A stretch of 64,000 nt of DNA. Origin: Ramazzottius varieornatus. Its lineage: Eukaryota > Animalia > Tardigrada. Shown piece after piece: positions 37,399 to 49,618 of this stretch (positions are counted from its first letter, which is position 1; each line of letters begins with the position of its first letter). Position numbers and translations under genes: made by a program. The stretch covers positions 558,001-622,000 of the forward strand of contig BDGG01000008.1 in NCBI GenBank assembly GCA_001949185.1. The letters are read 5' to 3'. The notes beneath the pieces are model-generated. The model saw nothing but the letters and a program-made list of their open reading frames with translations, did no database searches and was not told the origin of the DNA.

Positions 37399-38662
37399 TT
37401 AACCGCTGCCACCACCTCCACCTTGGTTCATCATCGACATCATCTGGAAAAAGAAAGATTGCTCATGTGTGCTCACAAGAACACCACCAACGATGGAAAC
37501 GTATAAGAGGTTCCATTTCCAGCTTCAGCCCAGTGAGTTCTTTGCCCGCGGAAAAAGTGCTTCCTGCTTACCATGGCCATCATCTACAAGAAAAAAGTGG
37601 TACGTTCCTACCAAATCTGGCCCAAGGTAAACTAAAGAAGATAAACGTACAGCTGCGTTGTTTCCACCACCGCCGCCACCAGCACCACCACCTCCACCTC
37701 CGTCTTGTCTTCCTGTAATCGGTATCAGGTGATACACTCATGCCACTGCCGTAGCGACAGTGTTGCAAATCAAACAAAGTTCTTACCGCCTCCGCCTGCG
37801 CCGCCGCCACCGCCATTATTGTTCATCATACTGTAGAAAAGAATCAGTTCATTTGACGAGTTTGAAACATCGAGACTCCGGTAGGGCTACGGTGACCTTT
37901 ACCTGTACAGTAGCGGTAGCATGGCCATATTATTATTCTGCTGCCCACCTATAAAACTTACCTCATTAATAGTGGAAGCATAGCCATGTTATTGTTCTGT
38001 TGCCCACCTAGTGCACACAGCGGTACATGAGATTTAGTGAAGGTACGAGTACGTAAAATCGCAAAACATTCTTTGTCAAAATGGAAATCAGCCTGTCTAA
38101 CCATTTTTTACCGAAATCCTACTTGGCACCTGATTGACAGATGGCGTGTACCGGTATGGTAACCAAAGACAAGCTTACCACCGGAGCCACTGCGATGCGT
38201 TGCCGCAATAAGAGGAATTCCAATTAGTTCTACAAGAAACTAAAATTAGGTCTAGGTCCCGGCTGACTAAACAGACGACACTCTAACGCATCTGAAATTT
38301 TCTACCTTCCGTGGAGCTGTTGCCATTTATGCCTACAAAATTCGTAAACACGTAAAAGATATTTTGAGTTACAGTCTTGTCTACCAAAGATGGCTACCGA
38401 TTTTTCTACCCATTTTACCGTTTTCATTCTCCGCGGTATACACAGGCTTTGGCGGTAAAGCAATGGATGGACCAGATGCGGCTTTTTCCGAAGTTGGCGC
38501 AGTCTGTAAAGAAATCAAAGCAAAGGTCAATATTGTGTCTCCACACCCCAAAGTACCGTGTCCGAGTTTGAAATTCATCCGTGGCCTTCTTACCTCGACG
38601 AAGGATGAGAGGGTACATAAGCCGAGCAATATTCCAAATGTGGTTCCACCCTTTACTCCCAT
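37399..38662 (-). CDS. Small secreted Gly/Met/Asn-rich protein built from micro-exons (~146 aa)
   Basis: Exons 38662-38594, 38503-38419, 38332-38306, 38229-38179, [38007-37962 or 37948-37903], 37830-37787, 37712-37651, 37583-37572 and 37443-37399. All are GT-AG and phase-consistent (441 nt). Signal-peptide-like start MGVKGGTTFGILLGLCTLSSFVETAP. Confidence 0.7.
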
Positions 38663-39367
38663 CCTGTACTCGTTCGAACAAAATTCCTGGGAAAGTCTTG
38701 AAAGGAAACCCAGGCGATCAGAAAATTACTGCGAAAGCAACGAAATGTAATGCGAATACATCGAACTTGAGAAACTGGGGCGCACCTGCTCTTGGGGAAT
38801 TCGTGACAATAACGTAATTTTTCTGCTGTCTCACGTGTTTTTCGCAGCGAGTCTGCGACAAAAAAAACTGGAATGATCACGTACCCACAAGTGCGTGAGC
38901 TCCTGTCTGGTCCTACGCAGCGAACCCAAGCCACAGGCGGATGTCGAGTGTGGTCGAGCGTCCAGTGTAAAAACTTCTGCTTTATTTCTGGATATTTACC
39001 TCTATTTACCTCTAACCCACCTAGGAAAGTCGGGAATAAAATTAATTTCCTGGAACATCGAGAAACCAGTTCTATTCTACTCAACTCGACATGCTCTTTC
39101 GAATGAGCCATACATGCTCAGGGACGAAAATGCTCCTGAAACGAGATATCGCACGTCACGTGACCAAAACATGCAAATTCAAGAGATCGTTGAAAACATG
39201 GCTCCTAGGGTAGCTTTTCACGGCTAACGCCCATACTTCCAAGCCAGTCAAACCATCCGATCACGTGGCAAAATCACGATTCAGTTTCTCGTTCCTACCT
39301 CGCGCATCATGGTTAGGCTTTTCTGAAGGGTTAGAGGTCAGATACCCCAGCCTGCCGTGGTAGCTCT

Positions 39368-40550
39368 TTAGTTCCGCTCGTCGAGCAAGGGGACTTGCTG
39401 GATATTAGTATTATCATCGTCTGGACCAATACGGTTAAAACGAGTAAAATAAACGTATATAAAATTGCCGAAGTGCTTTTTGGGTCTCGTCATTAGTTTC
39501 CTGAATGCAGATTCAAAGTTACACAATTCGTAACATCTAGGTTTGAAATTATTCGGTAGAAGGATGGAACAGTTCCACATGCATTAAAGCTTATCGTCAA
39601 CAAAACCTTTTGAGAAATTTTTGAGCGTACGAACGGCAAATGACGCGGTCGTCCTGACATACAAGACGTTCCTGCCATGTATCTAGGCACGTGATGCAAG
39701 TGCTCGGGACAATACCTTGGTATACTCTGTAATGTTCGAAGTAACCAGCAAGACTTCGCGTTAAATCTTCGAAAACCTGCTTCGAATAGCCGAAGTCTCA
39801 CATCGTAAGGGGCCTTTTCCCATTCGAGGGGAGAATCTGCACCACAGCAGTTGAGTTGTGTCTGGTACACATCCAGATCTACCCTGTACTCACAAAGAAC
39901 GTTACTTAACTTCATGATTTTATGGTCGTCAGGGTATGGGGAACTGGGCAAGTACAACGGACAAGATCGCCATACCAAGTGGCGCACGTCTTCATTGTCA
40001 CTGGCTAGGAGCTTGCGCCACTGAAGGCAGCGTTCTTGTATGTCCCGTTTTCCCGGCTGCGGTAGCGTTATGAGAATTCGAAGTACTCACATGGTGACTG
40101 GGTCTGACGAATCATAACGAGCCATGGCTGGCTTCAGTACGCTGGAAAAATCTATAGAAAGTAGGAAAGGTCATTAGGAATAGGAGATAATGGTTTCCGC
40201 TTCAACCAACACCTAGTTACCTGTCGACTTCGGTACCGGCATTCTGTAATTTGCCGTGTATGTAGATGCTCAGACTGTCGGACCACACATGCAATAGCGG
40301 TGGATACAGCGGAGGAGCTTACAGTAAAACACTGAGTCATCCCAAAAGCGATCGACAACTGGCCAACAAAGCTCAGGCACCCACTGAAAAGTACAGCGAT
40401 CCAAATGGCCACGCTGAATTCTACACCACCAATAAACTGATTTCTACCATAAACGGCACAAGTTAATGACATCAGTCCTATGATGATAAGTGCAGTGGAT
40501 AAGAGGGCCACGATACACCGTAGCAGCGAATGCATCATGTATTTTGCCAT
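39368..40550 (-). CDS. Divergent tetraspanin-like protein (exon model incomplete)
   Basis: Hydrophobic N-terminal segments (LLRCIVALLSTALIIIGLMSL; AIWIAVLFSGCLSFVG) and a loop with DVYQTQLNCCGADSPLEW and IPRYC. The 3' end and internal phases are uncertain. Confidence 0.5.
39977..40023. mobile_element. Foldback element core in a tetraspanin-like gene intron
   Basis: aagtggcgcac-N25-ttgcgccactg, with outer arms aacgggacaagatcgc and gcgttcttgtatgtcccgtt. Confidence 0.7.
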
Positions 40551-41598
40551 AACGACCAATCAATCGCTCAAAAAACGAAATTCGGCTTGAGTCGGCTAAA
40601 GTTCAGAACAGTTCCCAAAAGTTATGACCATCCTCGCGCTCAAAAAGAAACTAGCAACCGTTGAAGGCTCGGTCAGAATCTACAGACAAAACATGGCCGC
40701 GGAGGTCTAGACGTGATGAAACAAGGAAGTCAGGATAGACGTTATTTTAACGGCCGGACAGCAGGAACCTTCGGCCTGTACTTCTTGATCCGAGGCATGT
40801 TCTTTCCGTGGACGACGATCTTGGTGAGTTCAGGCAAAGAAAGCTGGAGGATGGGATTCCTCCATAAGGGGTAGTGCCAAAGATGGACTAACAAGCCGCT
40901 GTTTCTAGCAAAGTGATGCTCTCTCCATGGCAGACTAGATGTGCAAAAACAGATGTTCGCGGCGCGAAGACGGCAAATGAGTATACGGACCAAGTGGAGT
41001 AATTAACCTAATGTGGCCTGTTGGCCATGTAGTCATCGTCTGCAAATTGGATACTGATGTTGCTGATTGAGTGGCTTCTTTCTAACCATCGTTAAAATAC
41101 CTTTTTATTCACGCCATAATTATGAGCCTTGATGCTTGTTTTCGTTCTTATTCCCGCAACCTTCCCCTCCCCCTTTAACACATTGACTAGCTAGAAGGTT
41201 CCGTCACCTGCACACGGGAACTTCTCTGGATGACTGCTGTAAAGGAACGGAAATAGGATTGTACGGTTGCTTTCGACTTTGGCTAGAGATCGTTAGTCTA
41301 ATCGTTCGCCACTGTCTTGCGATACGAAACCGCCAAACGTTACAGCGAAAAAGAAGCGAGCTCCACAGGGTAGAAGAAATCGAATCACCTTTGCTTTATT
41401 CTGTTCAATACAATTAGGTTGCACCGGCAAAATGATCAAATAAATTAGATAAAGAAGATAGGTTCATTGCACTCGATCGGAGTGTCGTAGGGACATTCAA
41501 CTGCAGTATCACAGAGAGACCTCGGGGTACACATGGGGCTCTCGAAACGTCGTAGAGATCATTGAAAACAACCAGATCGAATTTCAATTTGGCGCCAA

Positions 41599-43003
41599 TC
41601 AGAGGTGTTTGTTCCGTGTACGCTTCAGCATCAGGCAAAAGATCACGTTGAACACGAACCCAACCATTAGAATCAGCGCCATCACCGCTGAAAATAACAA
41701 AACATCATTAGCAACATCACCCCTCTCTTGGAAGTCTGAAATGCCAGTCACTAAAAATCAACTGTATAGGAATATGCTGACGGGGAAATTTTCCCTGACA
41801 TATTTCCTGCTTATTACCAGACGTTGCAGCTCCGCTCACGGCTGCTTTTCGTGCCTTTCTCAAGGATTCAAAATAACATCCGGGCTGATACGAGATGTGA
41901 CCATGATTTTGAATTTGATCCAGACAAGACGTCGGAATGTGCTGTAAGAAAAAGAAGGGGCCCATAAACGCACCAGGAAGCGGGCGAACAAGAAGCACTA
42001 GTCTTTCACAAACCTACATACTTTGAACCGTATGACTTACTTACTATGGCAGCAAACTATGCAGGTGAGTGCAAGTCTTACACCATACCTGGAATCGACT
42101 CATCTGCAGCCAGTCTTCCGGTTTATCGATGCCGCAGCAGTTATACGTCCGATGCATGTCGTCCCAGAAGAGCCGCGTGCTGGAAAAATACAGAAATATT
42201 CAATGACAGGTTCAAGGTTGATTAAAAAATCCGCACGGTTCGTCGGTTACGCACTCGTTAGTCTCTGCGTACAATGCCAGCTCGCGCGTCATTTCGGTCC
42301 GCAAGACGGCTTCCCTAGCGATCTACAAATATTCCATATCTTATCATGCATATATAACACATTAGGGTTTTACCCCAGACATCGACAAACAATAATACGG
42401 TTATGTACCAGCTGCGTGCCGAGATATCCGGCTATTACGCCGAAGCAGCACGCTGTGAGAAAGACCACCAAGGTCGACAGTATGGCGGCCCATAAGGCTT
42501 CCTTCAACGAGGCGATACAGCCCATCTGGAAACATTCCGTATTTTTTGAGTACGAAAAACTGAAGAGCTGGGAAAATGCTAGTGGGAGATAATCCAGCAC
42601 GAACCATGCCAGCAGCTCCCAGGATAACACCCAGGCTGATTAACAGTGCCAAAACGCCCTGATAGTCCATCTTCGACGCTCCCGTATCCACTCCATCGAC
42701 ATACCAGGAAATAGTCACGGCCAAATCGGCCACTGCTAGCATCACATATAGTACCTGCAAAAACGAATGCTGCCGGTAAGAACGAGATGGCGAGCAGTAC
42801 GCAAAATGGGAGGTTGGCAAATACGCTCCTTCCCCCTTTCAACCACCTGCATACTAGCGAACCACGAAATACGTGGAGTCGCGCGTATGCAGATGGATAA
42901 AAAGCAGTCAAACCATGATTGCGGAAGTCTCAAACGATGCGGATGGTGTTTTCGGACTTACCGAGAAGGCGATGCTGAAGCCTTTGATCTTGTGAACGAC
43001 CAT
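41599..43003 (-). CDS. Tetraspanin
   Basis: Spliced model: MVVHKIKGFSIAFS|VLYVMLAVADLAV (TM1); GVILGAAGM|MGCIASLKE (TM2 and inner loop); AAILSTLVVFLTACCFGVIAG (TM3); FWDDMHRTYNCCG, IPTSC and PGCY (large loop); VMALILMVGFVFNVIFCLML (TM4); stop at 41599. Confidence 0.8.
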
Positions 43004-44335
43004 CTTCACGAGACTCGAATACTACGTGAGGAAATTAGTGGATTGGCGTAAGTAGTGTCATTCAGACAAATGTAGAAACTTTGGGAAATTTCTCTCCGAC
43101 CGAGGAAATGTGAATGAAGGTTGGCAGAAAGTGACAGGAACTGCAACAGCTCAAAGTGCTCCGCGGATGCCAGACTGTAAATCAATGGCAAGTTATCGAT
43201 CGGCAATTTTGTCAGTTGTCGCACTCGCATCTCGTCTTCCACGAGGTGTGTTCGATTACCACGGCTATCGACGTGAAGTTCCGCAAGTGACGTAACAGAA
43301 AGAAGCGGCGCAGGAAGACCAATTTGTCACACTCGAAAGCCGAAGACTCTATTTCGAGAATTAATATTTCACACACAGCCACACCAGTCGCCTCACGGGA
43401 AAAACTAGAGCTTGCTTCATAGAGGAACTGCAACTCTGCAAGCATGGCTCTTTAATGATCAAGGTTCGACAGAGGCCGACCTGCTAGTCAAAAAAGAAGC
43501 TGTGCAGACTGTTAGCGACCTCTGTCAGGCAACCGCAGCACTTGTCGCAACATCAAGGACGACTGGACGAGTCTGCACGATGACTGCGCTGCACACCATA
43601 AGCTAACCTCCAGTCGCCGTGTTTGCGATCGCCTAATTCAACAAGGAAACACTTGCAAAACTTGGAGATTCTCTTTGAAAGAAATTTCAACAACGCGTTC
43701 CGCAATCTAATCGAACACAATTGCGGACAAAAGCAACAAGCATGGTTAGGAAAACGTAACGCGGAATCATTCATGCATGCAGGTGCTTCGGCATTATGCT
43801 CAGTGTTTCAACGAACCACGGCAGCTGCATTTAAGCAACATCAAGCCTTCCAACAGGACAGCACGAAGTGCCTTCTCCAGTAAACAAACACTTTAATTGC
43901 CAATGCCTCTCTGGCTCCTCAAAACAGTTTGTCGTGCTGATGGTAATGAGTTGCGAAGTGTTGATGCTCGCCACTTACGTATGTTCCAGCCAGTCTAGTC
44001 TTCGACACTCACCAATTAACAGTGCAATTCTTCCTTGCAACGACCATTATGCGAAAACAGTCTCAGAATTTCTCCAAAGATCACTAGCTGGCGGAATCCG
44101 AGCAGCCCCGCCCAAAAGCAAAAAACAGACTCCGAAGCGATATTTGGCCAAGCAGGAGTTCAAGACAAAGGGAACTCATTCCGATCGAATTCGGATAAAT
44201 TTTTCAAAACAAGTACAGCTTTCTTAATTTCACCTCCATCTTACCGCATTTGGAAGAAAAGACTCCCTAATTAGAGAGTTTTTTCAGAAAGGTATCTTTT
44301 GGGGGGACTCACCCGCTGGAGATGGTCCAAACGGA

Positions 44336-47300
44336 TTACCGTGCTTGAGCATCCACTTGAGCCTTCTGGAAACGGAGTTTGGTCAGTGCTTGTCGTTGGC
44401 CATTCTTAATCTCTTCTAAAAAACAAGCACGGTTAGCGCAGGCGAACCTTTATTAATGAGTGACGAATCATGGGTGACATGTGCTAGTTACTTACTGACG
44501 TCTTTGAGTAGCATGGAAGAGATCGTGCCCAAAATGTGAGGATTTTCGATCAGAAGTTTTGGATCAAACTGACCGGAAAGCTGCAGGAGAAAGTATACGT
44601 CCACTTAGTACAATCATACCCCCTCATGGGTTAACTGTATCAAGCAGAATTGGGAAGCAGGCAAACGAAACTGCGCCATCGTTATCTGAAGTGGCGCACG
44701 TCTGCAATGGTATTGCCTCGAACCGTGCGCCACTTCAGATAAACCTATTGTGTGCTATGTTTGGCGGCCTCCCGTATTCTGACAAATTTCTGCATTAGTG
44801 TCTGTCTGTCCCACCATTTGGTTCTTCAATAAGAGATCGCGAACTTCATCCTCCTTGATAAGGTTCTTCAAGAGCTTCTTGCGAGAAGCGTCAATATCGG
44901 CCAAACCGATTCGTACTTCCCGGCACAGCATATCCAGTGTCTTGTAACTGTAACAGCCACAAAATCAATCTCATAAATCACGGAAGCCAACAAACAAACT
45001 TACTTACCAGTTCGCTCTGTATCGGTCTTCCGGTGATATTCTCCGCGCGTTTTTCCTGAAGAAGTCATCTGGATCCACTGCATTCTTCTCAAGGTACGTC
45101 AGTGTTTCTTCTATCTCGTTCATGCTGAGGCTAACCACGGCCAAATTTCTTTCGACTTTCGCCTCGAAGTCCCATATCTCTTCGATCTTATTCCGCAGTG
45201 CGCGCATCTGGAGAAGAAGGTTGGAGGAATTACCATCGAGAAAGATCAAACTGAAAAACACAACGTACAGTTTTGCTGTTGTCTTTCCGCAAAGTCAAGA
45301 AAGCGTTCAGCTTCATGGTGGACTGTATCCAGTTCTCCTCCAGTTGGTCGACTGCCTTCTTGCTTTCCTCCAAGTAAGCCTCTAAGTCATCAAACGTCAT
45401 CTTCTTGAATCTATCCAGCAGCTTCTGGTCTTCCTCGCTAACACCACTGGAAAAACATAAAGGATTTTATGTCTTTCCACAAATCAAAAGTCAATGATTG
45501 AAAAGAGAGCGATGAGCTAACCTTGCTTGGGGTGCAGGCTGCGATGGCGCCGTCGCTTGACTAGTAGAAGGTGCTGTGGACGAAACAGTCCACGTTACTT
45601 TAAAAACCCGTACATTTTTAAGCAGGGCTCTTGATTTCAGCCGCATCTACTCAGTCTATGGCAGCGAACACATCTCACCTGTGGAAGGCGCAGTAGAGGC
45701 GGTGCTAGGAGCCTGAACAGCCGTCGTAGTCGATCCGAGTGTGGTGAACACTACGGTTGTGGCAGCTGAAAGAGAATTATTAAATTTTATCAGAATGATA
45801 CTACAAGCGGAAGACCTATCAAACTCGCGACACAGTTTCGACTGTTAAAAGTTACCAGTGGAAGCGGGAACACCAGGTGCTGCCACTGTCTCGACTGGCT
45901 TAGATTGTGAAGCTTGCGTGTCCGCGGCAGTACTCGTCCCTGACGACGGAGCTGCTGACAGAGATGTACCGAAGGAGAACCCCGTCGTGGGTTGCGCCGG
46001 AACGGCAGTTGACGCACCTGAAGCGACAAAAACTCCATCATTTCACTGCTGGAACAAACGTCCAGTTAGTGTTAGCTCTGTCAGTATGACTTTGCGCGGA
46101 ATTTGTCGTTTCTCATTTTCGTAAATAACAGTAGATGCAATAATCTTTTGCAGAAAGTACTGGAAACTCTGATCCGTGCATTTGTGTGATTTTGTACGAG
46201 AATCGTACTTGCAAATTTTCGAAAATTACCTTCCCCTACAATTCTATTTCTTGTAGCTACAGAAGGCTCGGCGAAGCTAAAATAAGCTGTTTTAGCCGTT
46301 CTTAGCCGTGGCTAAAAATATTTAGCCGCGGCNNNNNNNNNNNNNNNNNNNNNNNNNNNNNNNNNNNNNNNNNNNNNNNNNNGCCTTCTATACCACACCA
46401 AGGCAGCTAAAAACTTCAGATACTACGGTAAACAAGACCTCAACGAAGACGCTAGCGAATGATTGTTTCAGTTTTGGCGAGAACAGTCTACTCCATCAGT
46501 TAGCCAGGTGGAAGAATACGCTTGAAAAAACTGACATCGGACGATGCAAAACTACTCGGCAAGAGTCTGTTAGACGGATAGAACACCAGCCAGGTTTTGA
46601 ATGTCTGTACACGAGCTCTCAAAATACGTTTGAAAGGGTTCCGCCAAAAACCCCAAAATCATACTGGAAGACCTAATACAATTATACCACATCCTGGGTA
46701 ACTGTATCAAGCAGAATTGGGAAGCAAGCAAACGAAACTGCGCCATTAATATTTGAAGCGGCGCAAGTCTGCATTGATATCGGCCCGAAGCGTGCGCCAC
46801 TTCAGATAACCTTATTGTATGCCATGTTCTAATACTATTGATATCATGAACTGAAAGGCAGACGGAAGTATTCGTGCGCCCACGTACACACTAGCAACCC
46901 ATTTACGCCTGCGGCTCGATCTATGCAGGTACATGAAACACCGTGTGTTATATGTAATTGCTGACTTCCCACACTATTGTCCGTACTGTGGGAATTAAAG
47001 TTACACTTACTTGTGGCGGATGTGCCGGGGACAGAACCGCTCTGAGACTCTGTAAAAACAACCAGAAGCACATTGATATTTGTAAGGCGGACATGCAAGA
47101 ACCAATAGGATAAAGACTGCTAAAGATGCCACTTACGCTGAGGAGATCGGAAAGAAAATCCAGGAACGGAAGCTGCCTGCGAGGTAGCAAGTTGGGTCGA
47201 TCCTGCAGTTGCCGACGGTTGACCAAAACTGAAGTTCAGAGGAGTTGCCGACTGAAGCGCCACTGGTGCCGTGCTGGATGGCACACCAAATTTGAATGTA

Positions 47301-49277
47301 GAATCGTTGGAGACGGATGCACCTACAGAGGTTGCGGGCGTGCTGAACGAGAATGTGGCGGTAGCAGCTGGTGCAGCCGCGGTGCTAGTGGTGGCCGTCC
47401 CGAATGAGAATGTCGACGTGGGCCCAATCGGCGCAGCAGTGGTTGTTGGAGCAGGAGCGGAACCCAGACGACTAAAGATGCTTGGCTGACTGGTAGCTGC
47501 TGCTTGTGAAGTTGGAAGGCTCAGGGTTGGTTGGAGGGATGGCACGGCGGCGGCCGAAGTCCCGAAAGAGAACGCTGGTTGAGGAGCACTTCCGGTCGAA
47601 CCTGAAAATACACAGACAAGCTATCAATTAGAACATCGCCAAGCAGAAATTAGCCACCTTTCACGCATGCACAAATTATGCACCACAGGCGCTATGGAGC
47701 GGAAGTATGTAGGTGCATGAAAGTCAGGTTGCATTTTGTATGCGGATTTCACCAAGAAACCAAAGTACAGTAATTCTCTGGATATCGACTCCTTACCTCT
47801 GGTTGATGGGGCAGAGCTCGGAACAGATGGAGCAGCGCCGAGTCCTGCACCAAACGAGAACGCTGGTGCAGCTGCTGGTTGCGTGGGTTGCGTTACTCCG
47901 AACGAGAATGTACTAGCCGGCGCTTGTGCAACAGAAGCTGCAGCGGGCTGTGCGGAACTGAGGCTAGGTGCGCTGTTGAAGTTGAAGAGCGGCACAGCGG
48001 TGGACACAGCAGGAGCAGCAGTAGCGAACAACGAAGGCTGTGTAGCAGCTGGTGCAGCTAATCCGAAGCCAAAGGAAGGTGCAGCGGTAGGTGCAGCCGT
48101 TGACGTTGCTGGCTGGGTGGCCTGGCCAAACCCCGGGAAGCTGAGAGAACCTGCTGCTGGAAGCCCAAAAGAAGGTGCGGGAGCGGCTGACGAGGACGGC
48201 TCGGTCTTGGCGGTGAAACCACCGAAAGATATATTACCTGCGGGTTGCGCAGAAGGTTGTCCTAAAAAAGAACATGGAATTGTTCTCCCCGCAAAATTCG
48301 ATTCAGCTTCTAACAGTAAGAGTAATTCTTGCGATCTGGTCTTACCGAAACTGAAAGTGTTAGCCGAAGCTGCAGTAGGAGCGGTGCCAGCCGGTTGGGC
48401 AGATCCAAAGAGCAAAGGTGCGGTCGGAGCGACAGTGGGTAATGTAGCCCCTGCAGCTGTGGTCGATCCAAATGCACCGAGTCCTCCGAAAGCGGAAGGA
48501 GCAGTCGACGTAACAGCCGGAGTTCCAAAGCTGAACGGCGCTGTTGATGCTGGTTGAGAGGACACGGAGAAAGCTGAAAAACCTAGGCTGGGGGCCGCAG
48601 CAGACGGTTGTGCAGCAGCTGGAAATGAAAACAGATTACTAACCGCTACCTCAAGTTAGATTTAACGAATAAAGCGAATTTACCTGGAGCTCCGAAACCA
48701 GCAAAAGCCGACGGTTGGGCTGGCTGTACGATGCCTGTCAAGAAGAGAATCAGTATAGGTTCAGCTAAACTAATAGAGCGTGACTGTTTTATTCACAAAC
48801 TCTTAAGAACAAGAATAACCGTACCGAATCCACCAAAAGCACTCCCGGTGGTAGTTGTGGAGGACGCGCCTGTAGCAGATGTTGGTGTACCGAAGGAGAA
48901 ACTCCCAGGAGCAGCAGGCTGCGTTCCGAATGCAGAGAATCCTGTCGTTGGAGCACTGGCAGCAGCCGACGAGGTTGTTCCTACAGAGATAGCTCGGTAC
49001 AGTCATTCGGATCTCGGCAAACAAGCTCGACATCACTGTACCAAAAGTGGCGCATGGTATCGGGGTAGTGGCTGAAAGCGTGCGCCACTTGGAATTTTTG
49101 CCTAATTACTATTTCCGACACAAATTCTCACTTCACGGAATCACAGAACTTACTGAAGCCGGAGAACAAAGGTGCCGTTTGAGTAGTTGTCTGTGTGGTG
49201 TTCCCGAATAGACTGGAGGCTGTCGTGGCAGGAGTAGAGCTGCCGAAGCCTCCAGAACCAAATCCTCCGCCAAACAT
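44336..49277 (-). CDS. FG-repeat nucleoporin, Nup62/Nsp1-like
   Basis: Starts MFGGGFGSGGFG, followed by many FSFG/PSFG repeats in Ala/Thr/Pro/Ser spacers and a Thr-rich linker. The C-terminal coiled coil (KMTFDDLEAYLEE...KLNAF; EIEETLTYLE; RANCYKTLD) aligns by eye to Nsp1_C. The stop position is approximate. Confidence 0.75.
44625..44760. mobile_element. Foldback element in a nucleoporin intron (close relative of the copy at 46692-46828)
   Basis: Perfect 19-bp arms ttatctgaagtggcgcacg / cgtgcgccacttcagataa; shares taactgtatcaagcagaattgggaagca with the 46.7-kb copy. Confidence 0.78.
46333..46382. other. Assembly gap (50 N) in a nucleoporin intron, flanked by TTAGCCG/GGCTAA repeats
   Basis: Run of N; repeated ttagccg motifs at 46291-46332. 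Confidence 0.98.
46692..46828. mobile_element. Foldback element in a nucleoporin intron
   Basis: aagcggcgcaa-N25-gtgcgccactt; about 135 bp similar to 44625-44760. Confidence 0.78.
49045..49090. mobile_element. Foldback element core centred in the 173-nt first coding intron of the nucleoporin
   Basis: aagtggcgcat-N24-gtgcgccactt inside intron 48981-49153. Confidence 0.7.
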
Positions 49278-49539
49278 GGTGTCTAGCCTACTTGACTGCT
49301 CGTCCGCCGGTGAGAGTACCGTCCAAGAACGAATTCCGAGCCAGTCCAGGCGTTGTCCTTCTGACCAGCAATCACTTAAACTGTAAGTGCGAAGATCAAT
49401 GCCACTCTTCCCACGAACACACCTACATAGATCGTGGTATTGACTCTTGAGGAGGAAGATGTGGGAGATACTGCAGAGAATGATCGAAAATCAGCAAACA
49501 TTACAGAATTTTCAAATTATTATTATTAACACGCACTGA

Positions 49540-49618
49540 TGAGCTGCTAAACCAGAACCTCGCAAGGCTTGCTGATTTGATTGCCAATCAACTAAGCAAG
49601 GCGAGGTTTAGCAGCTCA
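49540..49618. repeat. ~80-nt inverted repeat/hairpin between the divergent nucleoporin and SLC22 genes
   Basis: tgagctgctaaacc...ttgattg-c-caatcaa...ggtttagcagctca. Confidence 0.75.

Noticed and set aside
47736-48557. 273-aa + strand Ala/Gly-rich ORF
   Set aside because: Antisense of the low-complexity FG nucleoporin exons.
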